A DNA stretch of 62,308 nt from a virus: positions 1 to 62,308 of IMG/VR virus record IMGVR_UViG_3300049440_000308; one strand, 5' to 3'. Shown here piece by piece: positions 45,813 to 53,841 of the stretch; the first letter of the stretch is position 1, and every line of letters begins with the position of its first letter. Position numbers and translations under genes: made by a program. The notes under the pieces were generated by a model. That model worked only from the letters and a program-made list of their open reading frames with translations. It did not search any database and had not been told where the DNA came from.

Positions 45813-46141
45813 GCGGCCGCTTCCTGCGCCGGGGTGACGGGCCCGCCCCGCTTGTCCGCTAGCTGCCACTCGGCGGCCTCGGCGACGGCGATGACCGCAG
45901 GGTCCGGGGTTCCGGGCGTGAAGGTTGCCGACCACTCCAGGGCCGTGTAGCGGTCGAGGAGGCTGATGTCGGCGCTGTACTCGTCGTCGGGGTACACCCG
46001 GACGCGGACGGTGCCGGTTCCGGAGACGATCAGGTCGAACTGGTCGTAGCGCTGTCCGAGGTTGCCGAGGGTCTCAATCGGCTCGTAGCCCTGCTCCTGG
46101 AGATGGTCTAGCAGTGTCGTTGCCGTGGTCCTGGCGGTCAT
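45809..46141 (-). CDS. hypothetical protein
   Basis: AAGGAG RBS; first gene of the cassette. Confidence 0.7.
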   Translation of the reverse strand: MTARTTATTLLDHLQEQGYEPIETLGNLGQRYDQFDLIVSGTGTVRVRVYPDDEYSADISLLDRYTALEWSATFTPGTPDPAVIAVAEAAEWQLADKRGGPVTPAQEAAA

Positions 46142-46241
46142 TGTCTGCTCCTTCGTCCCGTTGTCCTATGTCCAATGATAGCACATGTCCGCGCGTGGAC
46201 ACGTCAAGCTGAGCCGGGGACCGCGCCTAGGATTTAAGCCC

Positions 46242-46616
46242 GTGAACCTTGCCGCCGCAGCCCTCGCCGCCGCCATCGCCCTCCTCGCCGCCGCACCCCT
46301 CACCGCGTGCAGTTCCGGGACTCCCCGCCCCTCCTGGTGCGCTCCGCTGGTCGCCCAGTGGCACGCCAAAGAGACCAGGCAGGCTTACCTTGACGAGCTC
46401 ACCGCCCTCGCCAGGCAGGGGGCACCCGTAAGCGAGCTGATCGCGGATGAGTCCGCCTTCGCCCGGGACAACGCCGTCGCGAACATCCCCGGAATCCCGG
46501 GGTTCAGCGCACTCGCCTCCGCCCCGGCCGCGCTCGGGAAGGTCGCCGCGGACCTGCAGCGGCTCAACGCCGAGTGCGGGCAGCCGGGGGAATCGTGGAA
46601 GTCTGACAACGTTTAA
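46242..46616 (+). CDS. putative lipoprotein
   Basis: Signal peptide ending LTAC. Confidence 0.65.
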   Translation: MNLAAAALAAAIALLAAAPLTACSSGTPRPSWCAPLVAQWHAKETRQAYLDELTALARQGAPVSELIADESAFARDNAVANIPGIPGFSALASAPAALGKVAADLQRLNAECGQPGESWKSDNV

Positions 46617-46643
46617 TCTCACGGTTCCGCGGCCCCTGGCAAT

Positions 46644-47441
46644 TCACGCGACCTCGTCCTCTGCGTCGAACAGGCTGGCCTGCCAGCCTCGGGCATCAGA
46701 CAAGGCAAGCGAGTGCAGCAGTCGCTGACGCCACTGGGCGGCGAACGTGAAGCAGTTAGCGCAGTTCTTGTGCCCCGTGCAGCCAGGAAGCGGGGGTGAC
46801 CGCCGCCCGTCGTAGGACCAGGCCATCGAGTCGGCCGAGGCGAACCGGCGCTGCCCGTAGCGCAGGAGCCCGGTGGTCTTGAACCCGAATCCGTGCAGGC
46901 GGATGGGCGCGAGGGACTGGCTGATCACGTCCGCTTCCGCAGTGCCCTGCCTGCGGCAGACGCTCCCGAGCCCTACCCGCGGCTCGGCCGCCAGGTCGAT
47001 GCCCGCCGCGCTGTACATGTCCGCATGGCGCAGGTAGTCACCTGGCAGCCAGCCCTGCAAAACGGGGATAAACGGCAGGCCCGCGTCGAGGGACCGCAGT
47101 TCCAGGTAGTTGCTCACGGTCAGGGCTTGGTGCTCGGCGACCGTCTTGCCGGTGCGGCCGGTGATCCACGGCTCGCACATCCAGTCCTGCGGGGCAGCGA
47201 AGTCCATGCTGCCGATTTCGTCGTGGTAGCGGCGGACGGCAGCGCAATAACTGCGCGGGGACTCGTTCCACTCGCCGTGCAGTTTCAGTTGCATGAACCC
47301 GCCGGAGTCCAGTGACCAGCGGCCCGCGGCCCGCGGCAGCGTCTTGCGGTGCCGTAGCCGGGAGTGGCTGACGAACAGCGGGAAACGAGCACTGGCCAGC
47401 CAGCCCTCGTGATGGGCACCGAGGTAGAACGTGAAGCTCAC
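46644..47441 (-). CDS. TGT-fold / DpdA-like deazaguanine transglycosylase
   Basis: LDSGGF, PQDWMCEP, IPVLQG, GLGSVCRR, LHGFG and SADSMAWS match the TGT/DpdA barrel pattern. Confidence 0.8.
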   Translation of the reverse strand: MSFTFYLGAHHEGWLASARFPLFVSHSRLRHRKTLPRAAGRWSLDSGGFMQLKLHGEWNESPRSYCAAVRRYHDEIGSMDFAAPQDWMCEPWITGRTGKTVAEHQALTVSNYLELRSLDAGLPFIPVLQGWLPGDYLRHADMYSAAGIDLAAEPRVGLGSVCRRQGTAEADVISQSLAPIRLHGFGFKTTGLLRYGQRRFASADSMAWSYDGRRSPPLPGCTGHKNCANCFTFAAQWRQRLLHSLALSDARGWQASLFDAEDEVA

Positions 47442-48145
47442 GACGCTTCCCCGGCTGCGCGGGAGACGCGCTGCGCGCTGCGGAACTGCTTGTCCACGGC
47501 GTGCGCCCAGTCAAGGGCCCGGCGGTAAGCGCGCGTCCCGTTGTGCTGCCCCGAATGGCCTTCCGGGCGGCCGCAGGTATCCGGCTCGGTGCCGTTAGCT
47601 ACCCGGATCGGCTGCCCGCAGCGGGGCCTCGGGGGTGCGACCGGGGTCACGGTGCCGCGCGCCTGCGCCCTGTGCCGCTGCCGGTTCCGCTCAAGAGTGC
47701 GCTGGTGGGTCCCGGGAAGCGAGCACCTGCCCGCATGCCCGAACGGGCGGCCGCAGACCGGAGGCGGGTCGCCTTCCCCGAGATGCGCCAGGATCCGCGC
47801 GGACCTTATCGGCTTGCCGCATCTCGGCACCGCGTTCATATTGCCGCCGCGTTCCTCGATAAGGCGCGCGCAATCCATGCGCTTGTGGCAGCGAACGCAC
47901 CGGGGCGCGTAGCGGTTCACGTCAAGGGAGTAGGGCTGTCCGTCATCGGAGGTGCGCTCGTCCGGGTCTGAATGGTCATACGACCAGTGCCGTGCCGGCC
48001 GCCCGCAGTCAGCGCACGGGTAGCCCGAGGCGGGCCCGCGCCTCGCACTGACCCTCTCGTGTGCCGTCTGATACGAGGCGTCTTGCCCCACCCATGCCCA
48101 GTGGCGCTCGCCGCGACGCAGGTCCCAGTCCTCGCGGGAGGTCAT
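47438..48145 (-). CDS. HNH-like endonuclease with C-terminal CGRPxGHxG repeats
   Basis: YQTAHERV..RGPAS..CADCG..WSYDH..YAPRCVRCH. Confidence 0.75.
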   Translation of the reverse strand: MTSREDWDLRRGERHWAWVGQDASYQTAHERVSARRGPASGYPCADCGRPARHWSYDHSDPDERTSDDGQPYSLDVNRYAPRCVRCHKRMDCARLIEERGGNMNAVPRCGKPIRSARILAHLGEGDPPPVCGRPFGHAGRCSLPGTHQRTLERNRQRHRAQARGTVTPVAPPRPRCGQPIRVANGTEPDTCGRPEGHSGQHNGTRAYRRALDWAHAVDKQFRSAQRVSRAAGEAS

Positions 48146-48708
48146 GCCGTCACCGCCCCCGGGGCGATAGCGGCAGGGCCGCGGTTCCGCAGCAGCCACG
48201 TCACCGGGATAGCGGCGAGGATCACCCAGAGCTTGCCCAGGATCAGGCCCTCAAGCGACGGCAGCGAGTACAGGCCGGCTAGGTGTAGGAACAGGGCCGA
48301 GTCCACGACGACAGCCGCGCACCCTGACGCGAACACCGCCGGGACGAACCAGCGGCGCTGCAGCGGCGTGTAGACCATGAAGTCCACGGTCTCCGAGCAC
48401 AGGTAGGTCAGCCCGGACGCCACCGCGATGCGCGGGTCGCTGACAAGCCACGACACGCCAGCTCCGGCGACGATGGCGATGATGCCGGGCCAGCGCCCGC
48501 CGAGCCGCTGCGTGACATCCCGCGCGGGGAAGCTCACCGCAGCGGCCCACACGCCCGACGGGGCGTACAGGCCGAACCCGACCGGGGTCAGGTGCGTCCC
48601 GTAAGGCGTCGGGATGCCGACGTGGGTGATCAGCCAGTTAGACGCGACGATCGCGGCGACGTAGACGGCGAACGCCGCGGCCGCCCAGGAGTACCTGGTT
48701 GTAGACAT
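48142..48708 (-). CDS. VUT family (YhhQ-like) queuosine-precursor transporter
   Basis: Multi-TM; IVASNW, F.ARDVTQR, RIAVAS..SETVDF.VYTPL and VVDSALFL. Confidence 0.85.
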   Translation of the reverse strand: MSTTRYSWAAAAFAVYVAAIVASNWLITHVGIPTPYGTHLTPVGFGLYAPSGVWAAAVSFPARDVTQRLGGRWPGIIAIVAGAGVSWLVSDPRIAVASGLTYLCSETVDFMVYTPLQRRWFVPAVFASGCAAVVVDSALFLHLAGLYSLPSLEGLILGKLWVILAAIPVTWLLRNRGPAAIAPGAVTA

Positions 48709-48725
48709 GTGATTATCCTTCCTGG

Positions 48726-49400
48726 TCATGCTGCGGGAGTGTCTGTCCGCCTCGCGCGCGCACCGGTACCCGCGGTGGTGCTCTCGGCGTCGTGAAATGG
48801 GAAGTGGGGAACGTCATCAGCCGCTGTTCCCGGTCCTTGGCGGGCTCGCGGTTTTTGCGAGCCCGCCAAGGGTCGCCGTAGGCGCGGGTCTTGACCTTGA
48901 CTTTGACCTTGGGGTTGATCTTTGTCTTTAAGGGACGGCAGGGCCCCGTAGGGGCCCGTCCCGTCCCGTCCCGGGTCAACAGTTGACGAGACTGATGACA
49001 AGGCCGAGTCAACTGTTGACGGGTGCGGCGCCTGTCGGCACTTGCCGGGAAGGCACAGCGCATGGTCGCCTGCACGGTGAGCGCGAGACCGCTTCTGTGC
49101 CTCGGCGAGGTAGGCGCGGCGGTGCTCAACCTGAGCGCGGTCCTGCTGCCACTCAGGGAAGCGCAGGCTGATGTCCCAGGCGTCACCGTCATCGGCCCAC
49201 CATCCCTTGGCGACCAGGCCCTCAACGGCAGTCGCGGCGTCAGGGGACTCCGTGAACCGGCGCACGTCAGCCTTGGGGATGCGGAGGTCAAGCAGTCGCC
49301 AGCTCGACCAGCACAGTGCCTCGGCGTGCGTGCGGAACTCCGCATCTGTCAACTCGCGTGCCGCGGCCGGGAACTCGTCGCCGAGCTTGGTCCACGTCAC
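48726..49400 (-). CDS. second replication initiator-like protein
   Basis: WTKLGDEF..LTDAEFRTH.EAL.WS..L...GWW and HRAGDHALC; linker encoded by repeats. Confidence 0.55.
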   Translation of the reverse strand: MTWTKLGDEFPAAARELTDAEFRTHAEALCWSSWRLLDLRIPKADVRRFTESPDAATAVEGLVAKGWWADDGDAWDISLRFPEWQQDRAQVEHRRAYLAEAQKRSRAHRAGDHALCLPGKCRQAPHPSTVDSALSSVSSTVDPGRDGTGPYGALPSLKDKDQPQGQSQGQDPRLRRPLAGSQKPRARQGPGTAADDVPHFPFHDAESTTAGTGARARRTDTPAA

Positions 49401-49551
49401 GTGATCGCCCGTCCGCCACGGGTGAGGCGCACACCGGAAGGCAGACGCGCGGGGGGAATGCCCGTATACTTGGGCACGGTTGGTCCTTTCGAGGGATTTG
49501 ATCGGCAGCGCCCCAGACGATGGCGGTCGTCGTAGGGGCGTTTTGCTTTTG

Positions 49552-49977
49552 TCAGCCGGCCGACTTCATCTCCCCGGCCGTCTCGCTCGCCCAGTACTCC
49601 CGCAGGCTCCGGATCAGCGGCCCGTCGAACTCCAGCACCGCGATCTCCAGCATCCGCTTGCGGATCCCCTGCGCGACGTCATCGAACTCCGCCAGCCACT
49701 CGGCGATGGCGGTTTCCCCGTCTACGTAGACGTTCAGGATCTCGCACCGGATATTCGCCTGCGCGTTGACCACCTTGTCGACCCAGTACTGCCAGATTGC
49801 CTCCCGGTCCGGGATCGGGTCGCGCAGCACCCTCTCGTGGTAGGTGGCGTCCGGCGTGAAGATCTGGACGATCAGGTTCGGGTTCTGGTCCTGCCACGCC
49901 TTGACGTAGGTGTCCAGTACCTCGCGCACGTGCTCTCTGGTCAGTGCCAACTCAGGCGTCCTCTCGTATGTCGTCAA
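49552..49977 (-). CDS. SnoaL/NTF2-like protein
   Basis: YVKAW..IFTPDATY..DGETAIAEW..IRSLREYW. Confidence 0.85.
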   Translation of the reverse strand: MTTYERTPELALTREHVREVLDTYVKAWQDQNPNLIVQIFTPDATYHERVLRDPIPDREAIWQYWVDKVVNAQANIRCEILNVYVDGETAIAEWLAEFDDVAQGIRKRMLEIAVLEFDGPLIRSLREYWASETAGEMKSAG

Positions 49978-50743
49978 CTGTGAGCGGGGGGTCGTCTTGG
50001 GTGCGGGACATCACCAGCTCGTAGAGCGCGGGCGGCTCGCCGAGGATCAGCCCGGCGAGGTCGTCGGCCTCCAGCCGGACCCAGCGCCAGTGCTCGCAGG
50101 AGACCGCGATGTCGCTGGCGACCCCGGCGTAGATGCCGTCCATCACCGTCTCCCCGGGCAGCACGGCCAGTTCAAGGCTCCCGAAGTACCGGGTGTCGCT
50201 CCTGTTCCGCCAGGTGCCGATCAGGTGGCGGCCGAACAGGCACGCCTCGATCTCATTGCGGAACGGGGAGGCGCGGCCCTGGGTGCGCGGCTCCGGCGGG
50301 TGGTTCACGGCGCGGACGAGCCTGTCGCCCGCGGCGGTGACGTGCGCGACGTCCGCGTGGTAGTGCGGCACGCCCGCGTGGGGGAACTGGTAGGCGGTGA
50401 CCCACGGCCCGCTGAGGGCGCCGGCGGGAAAGGCGCTCGGGACGGAGTCCAGCAGCGGGACGGCCCCCGTCGCGCCCGTGACCGCCTCAGGGAGCGCATG
50501 GTGCACCTCGACGGGGAACGCGCCTGTCTGCTCCCACCGCTCAAGGACCGCAGGGTCCGGGCGCCACCCGAGCCTCGGCGCGAGGTGATCGGCGAACTCG
50601 GGGAGCGTCATGCCGAGCGCGGCCCTCGCCGCCGCGAGCTGTCCAGCCGCGAGGCGCTTGAGGCCGCCCGCCCGCGCCGTGATGCTGACAACCTCGGCCT
50701 TACCGCCGGGCCCGCCTGCGCCCGGCCTGTTCCGTGCCGTCAT
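49952..50743 (-). CDS. XRE-like HTH fused to a beta-rich C-terminal domain
   Basis: LAAARAALGMTLPEFA..LERWE followed by a beta-strand-rich region. Confidence 0.65.
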   Translation of the reverse strand: MTARNRPGAGGPGGKAEVVSITARAGGLKRLAAGQLAAARAALGMTLPEFADHLAPRLGWRPDPAVLERWEQTGAFPVEVHHALPEAVTGATGAVPLLDSVPSAFPAGALSGPWVTAYQFPHAGVPHYHADVAHVTAAGDRLVRAVNHPPEPRTQGRASPFRNEIEACLFGRHLIGTWRNRSDTRYFGSLELAVLPGETVMDGIYAGVASDIAVSCEHWRWVRLEADDLAGLILGEPPALYELVMSRTQDDPPLTVDDIREDA

Positions 50744-51152
50744 GCGCACCGCCGTCGCCGTGGTCGTACGGGACCGCGAACCTGTCGTAGAGGTAGAGGA
50801 TGTCGGCGCGCAGCCTGCCCACCTCGGCCCGCAGGTCGGCGTACTCCTCCACGCGCTCCGCCAGTTCCGCCACCCGCTCGCTGACCACGCTGAGGTCCGG
50901 CCGCGGGCTCGCCGGGGGAACGGACGTCACGAAGGTGCCGCGCGTCGACCGGGTTTCCACTGTCTTGTCGGCGCGCAGCTCGTCGAGCGCCGACCGGATC
51001 GTCTCCGTCGCGACCCCGTAGCGTTCCGCGAGCGCGATGTTGGACGGGAGCCTGCCGCCGGGCGCGTACGTGCCCGCGCGGATCTGCGCCCGCAGGTCGT
51101 CGGCGATCTGCCTGCGGACGGGCGCCGGGTCTGAGTAGTCGGGCACTGGCAC
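50700..51152 (-). CDS. GntR-family wHTH regulator (KorSA/TraR-like position)
   Basis: QIADDLRAQIRAG..PGGRLPS..LAERYGVA..TIRSAL..GTFV. Confidence 0.88.
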   Translation of the reverse strand: MPVPDYSDPAPVRRQIADDLRAQIRAGTYAPGGRLPSNIALAERYGVATETIRSALDELRADKTVETRSTRGTFVTSVPPASPRPDLSVVSERVAELAERVEEYADLRAEVGRLRADILYLYDRFAVPYDHGDGGAHDGTEQAGRRRARR

Positions 51153-51230
51153 CCGACAAGGCTAGTTCAGTTACCTGCACTAGTGAAGCCTCCCCCTGCC
51201 GTGTCCGGCGCGGACGTGCCCGCCGGCATC

Positions 51231-51266
51231 TTGACTGAGCTAGGTTGACGCCTTAGCCTAGTTCAA
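51231..51266 (+). promoter_or_regulatory. promoter of the transfer operon with overlapping inverted repeat
   Basis: TTGACT-N17-TAGCCT then a GTG 8 nt downstream; TGAGCTAGG...CCTAGTTCA; CTAGTTCA also at 51162. Confidence 0.7.
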
Positions 51267-51584
51267 GTGAAGACGTTGCGGAAGATGCCGCGGCAAGTGA
51301 CGGCGAGGACGGTGCGCATGCTGGAGACGCCTCTCGGCGAGTGGGTCGACCTCGGCTACATGGCCGGCAAGACCGGCTTCGACGAGGTGACGCTACGGCG
51401 CCTGATCGAGTCCGGGGACCTCCCCGCGATGCAGGTGGCCAGCACGCAGCGGACCTACCACAAGATCCCGCGCCGTCTCGTGGACGAGGCTTACGCCGCC
51501 GTTATGGCAGGCGCCCAGGTTGAGCTGAGGGCGTTCTGCCGCGCATGGTCGGCCCGCAACGCGACGACCGGGGCGGTGGCCTGA
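51267..51584 (+). CDS. excisionase-like HTH protein
   Basis: GKTGFDEVTLRRLIESGDLPA...KIPR. Confidence 0.65.
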   Translation: MKTLRKMPRQVTARTVRMLETPLGEWVDLGYMAGKTGFDEVTLRRLIESGDLPAMQVASTQRTYHKIPRRLVDEAYAAVMAGAQVELRAFCRAWSARNATTGAVA

Positions 51585-51768
51585 TGATGCCCGCCCTCGG
51601 TGAAAGCTCGTACTGCACCGCCTGCGGGACGGTGTACAAGACGGCCACCGGGCACTCCTGCCCCGGCCCTCGCCGCGCCGTAGCAGTCCTCAGAACGAAG
51701 AACGGCCCGCCACGGTGTCCGACCACCGTGACGAGCCAGGACAGCCCCAAACCGAAGTGGAGAAGTCC

Positions 51769-52083
51769 GTGACCACCCTAGAGCACCGCCCCCCTGAGGG
51801 CGCCGAGTACGAGCCTTACCGTGCCGATGCCCTCGGCCTCATTGCCAGGGGCCTGACCGCCGAGGGTGTCCGCGCTCACGCCGGCGACGAGCTTTACCTC
51901 AGGCGGATCGCCCCCGGGGCCCGCCGTACCGCCGAGGGGGCGCGTACCGAGATGCTCGCCATCGCCGACGCGATCGAGGCCTGGGAAGCCCACGGCCTCA
52001 CCCGGGAGAAGGCGTACTTCCTCGCCCGCCTGGACGAGACCTACGGCCCCTACCCGGGCCCCGACAGCCTGAACGTGGCGTAG
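51769..52083 (+). CDS. hypothetical protein (paralog of 52297-52578)
   Basis: Shares MLAIAD..GLT...L..LD..G.YPG. Confidence 0.7.
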   Translation: MTTLEHRPPEGAEYEPYRADALGLIARGLTAEGVRAHAGDELYLRRIAPGARRTAEGARTEMLAIADAIEAWEAHGLTREKAYFLARLDETYGPYPGPDSLNVA

Positions 52084-52090
52084 GGAGCCC

Positions 52091-52300
52091 GTGATGAATC
52101 CCGTGGCCCTGTACGACACGCTGAACCTCGCGTCGACCTCCGTCCTGCTCGCCGAAGCCGGGGACGCCAAGGGGGCGGAGACGATGCTCCTGGAGGCTTC
52201 CCTGTCCGCGATGGACGCCTTCCCCGCGGGCACCCACGAGGCGCACGCGCTCGGCGTCATCCTCGCCGCCGCGGGCCGGGTGCAGGAGATGACCGCATGA
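52091..52300 (+). CDS. hypothetical protein
   Basis: GGGAG RBS; coupled. Confidence 0.6.
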   Translation: MMNPVALYDTLNLASTSVLLAEAGDAKGAETMLLEASLSAMDAFPAGTHEAHALGVILAAAGRVQEMTA

Positions 52301-52578
52301 GCGCCGTCCTGGACTTCCGCCCGGCGGAAGCCGTCACCGACACCTGGCTTACCGCACTGCGGTACCTGGCGATCGGGCGAACTCCTGAAGACGTCCGCGA
52401 GCGGGCCCTGGAAGGCGGCAGTGCTGCCGAGGGGCAGATGCTAGCGATCGCAGACCGCATGGGCGAGCTCGCCGCTACGGGGCTCACCCCGGTGAAGTGC
52501 TGGTACCTCGGCGGCCTGGACCAGTTCCTCGGCGCCTACCCGGGCACTGCCGCCCTGAATGCCGCGGTGACCTCATGA
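52297..52578 (+). CDS. hypothetical protein (paralog of 51769-52083)
   Basis: Shared motifs; ATGA-coupled. Confidence 0.7.
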   Translation: MSAVLDFRPAEAVTDTWLTALRYLAIGRTPEDVRERALEGGSAAEGQMLAIADRMGELAATGLTPVKCWYLGGLDQFLGAYPGTAALNAAVTS

Positions 52579-52838
52579 CGTTGTTCTGGATCGTCACCCT
52601 GACATGGGCTGCCCCGGGCGGCCAGACGACAAGCACCGCTAGCGGCACGCTCACCCCTGAGCAGGTCGCCGCGCTCCGGACCCGGACGGCGGCCGTTCCC
52701 GTCGTGACCGCCGCGGCCCGGCGCGGCATGGGCATCCCGGACGGGCTGACCGCGGCGACGCTGTTCCTCTCGATCGAGCCCGACGTCCTGGTGCCGTTCC
52801 CCGGCTCTCACCCGGGCACCCCGGAGGTGACCGGGTGA
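52575..52838 (+). CDS. hypothetical protein
   Basis: ATGA-coupled; FWIVTL..TASGT..LFLSIEPD. Confidence 0.6.
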   Translation: MTLFWIVTLTWAAPGGQTTSTASGTLTPEQVAALRTRTAAVPVVTAAARRGMGIPDGLTAATLFLSIEPDVLVPFPGSHPGTPEVTG

Positions 52839-52995
52839 GCACGACCCTGGCCCCGGCCCGCCCGTTCTCCGCCCCCGCCTGCCCCTGCCCGGTCCACCCG
52901 GGTGCGGTCCTGGCGCCGCTCCCCGGCGGCGGGGCACGGGGCACCTGCCCGGTCGACAGCCGCTCGTACCAGATGAGTCCCTTGGAGGTGACCGC

Positions 52996-53391
52996 GTGAG
53001 CACCGTGACCGCCCCCGCCTGGCACCTGCGCGCAGCCTGCCAGTACACGGACCCTGACCTGTTCTTCGCCGAGGACGACGGCCTGTTCGAGGCCACGTCG
53101 GTCGCGTCGGACCAGGCGAGGCGCGTCTGCCTCGGCTGCCCGGTGCGGCCCGACTGCCTCCGCCACGCCCTTAACCGCCCCGAGACCCACGGCACGTGGG
53201 GCGGGCTGACAGAGCGGGAGCTGCGCCGTGAGCGGGCCGTCCGCCTGCGGCGCCCCGCCGCGGAAGTTCTCGCGGAAGCCGACGCCCGTTACTTCCGCCG
53301 GCAGGACCGGATCGCCGCCGCAGCCATCCGCCTCGCGGCCAAGCGCCAGGTGGAACGGGCCGCCCGCGAGTACGAGGAGGTCGCAGCATGA
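52996..53391 (+). CDS. whiB: WhiB-family Fe-S transcription factor
   Basis: AAC..TDPDLFF..C.GCPVR..CL..GTWGGLTERE. Confidence 0.92.
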   Translation: MSTVTAPAWHLRAACQYTDPDLFFAEDDGLFEATSVASDQARRVCLGCPVRPDCLRHALNRPETHGTWGGLTERELRRERAVRLRRPAAEVLAEADARYFRRQDRIAAAAIRLAAKRQVERAAREYEEVAA

Positions 53392-53840
53392 CTGGCGCCA
53401 TCGCCGCGTCGTCGTTCGGTGTCATCCTCACCGGCACGTCGATCGCCCTGCTGTTCTTCGCGGGCCGTCACGGGCAGAACCTGCCGGCCCGCTTCCACCC
53501 GTGGATCTACCGGCTGCTGATCTTCGGCACGTTCGTGGGCGCCTGCGCGATCACACTGAGCGCCCTCGGAGGCATCCTCACCGGATGGGAGGCCGGGATC
53601 GTGTCGATGGCCGGCAACGTCCAGTCGGGTGCCGGCCATGAGGTCGTCGTGATCGGCGGGTTCATCCTGTTCCTTGCGGTGGTCCTCGGCGCATGGCTGG
53701 AGCCGGGCCCTCAGGTGGCCTGGTTCGCCCTCGCCCTCCCGTTCGTCGCCGCCCTGTCCGGCGGCCACCTGCACGGGGTCCTCACCGTCTTCCCGGTAAC
53801 TCAGTGGTCAGCGCAGGTGTCGCAGTGGATCGGCGGCTGA
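53388..53840 (+). CDS. multi-pass membrane protein (spread/transfer accessory)
   Basis: Four hydrophobic segments upstream of traB. Confidence 0.7.
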   Translation: MTGAIAASSFGVILTGTSIALLFFAGRHGQNLPARFHPWIYRLLIFGTFVGACAITLSALGGILTGWEAGIVSMAGNVQSGAGHEVVVIGGFILFLAVVLGAWLEPGPQVAWFALALPFVAALSGGHLHGVLTVFPVTQWSAQVSQWIGG

Positions 53841-53841
53841 C

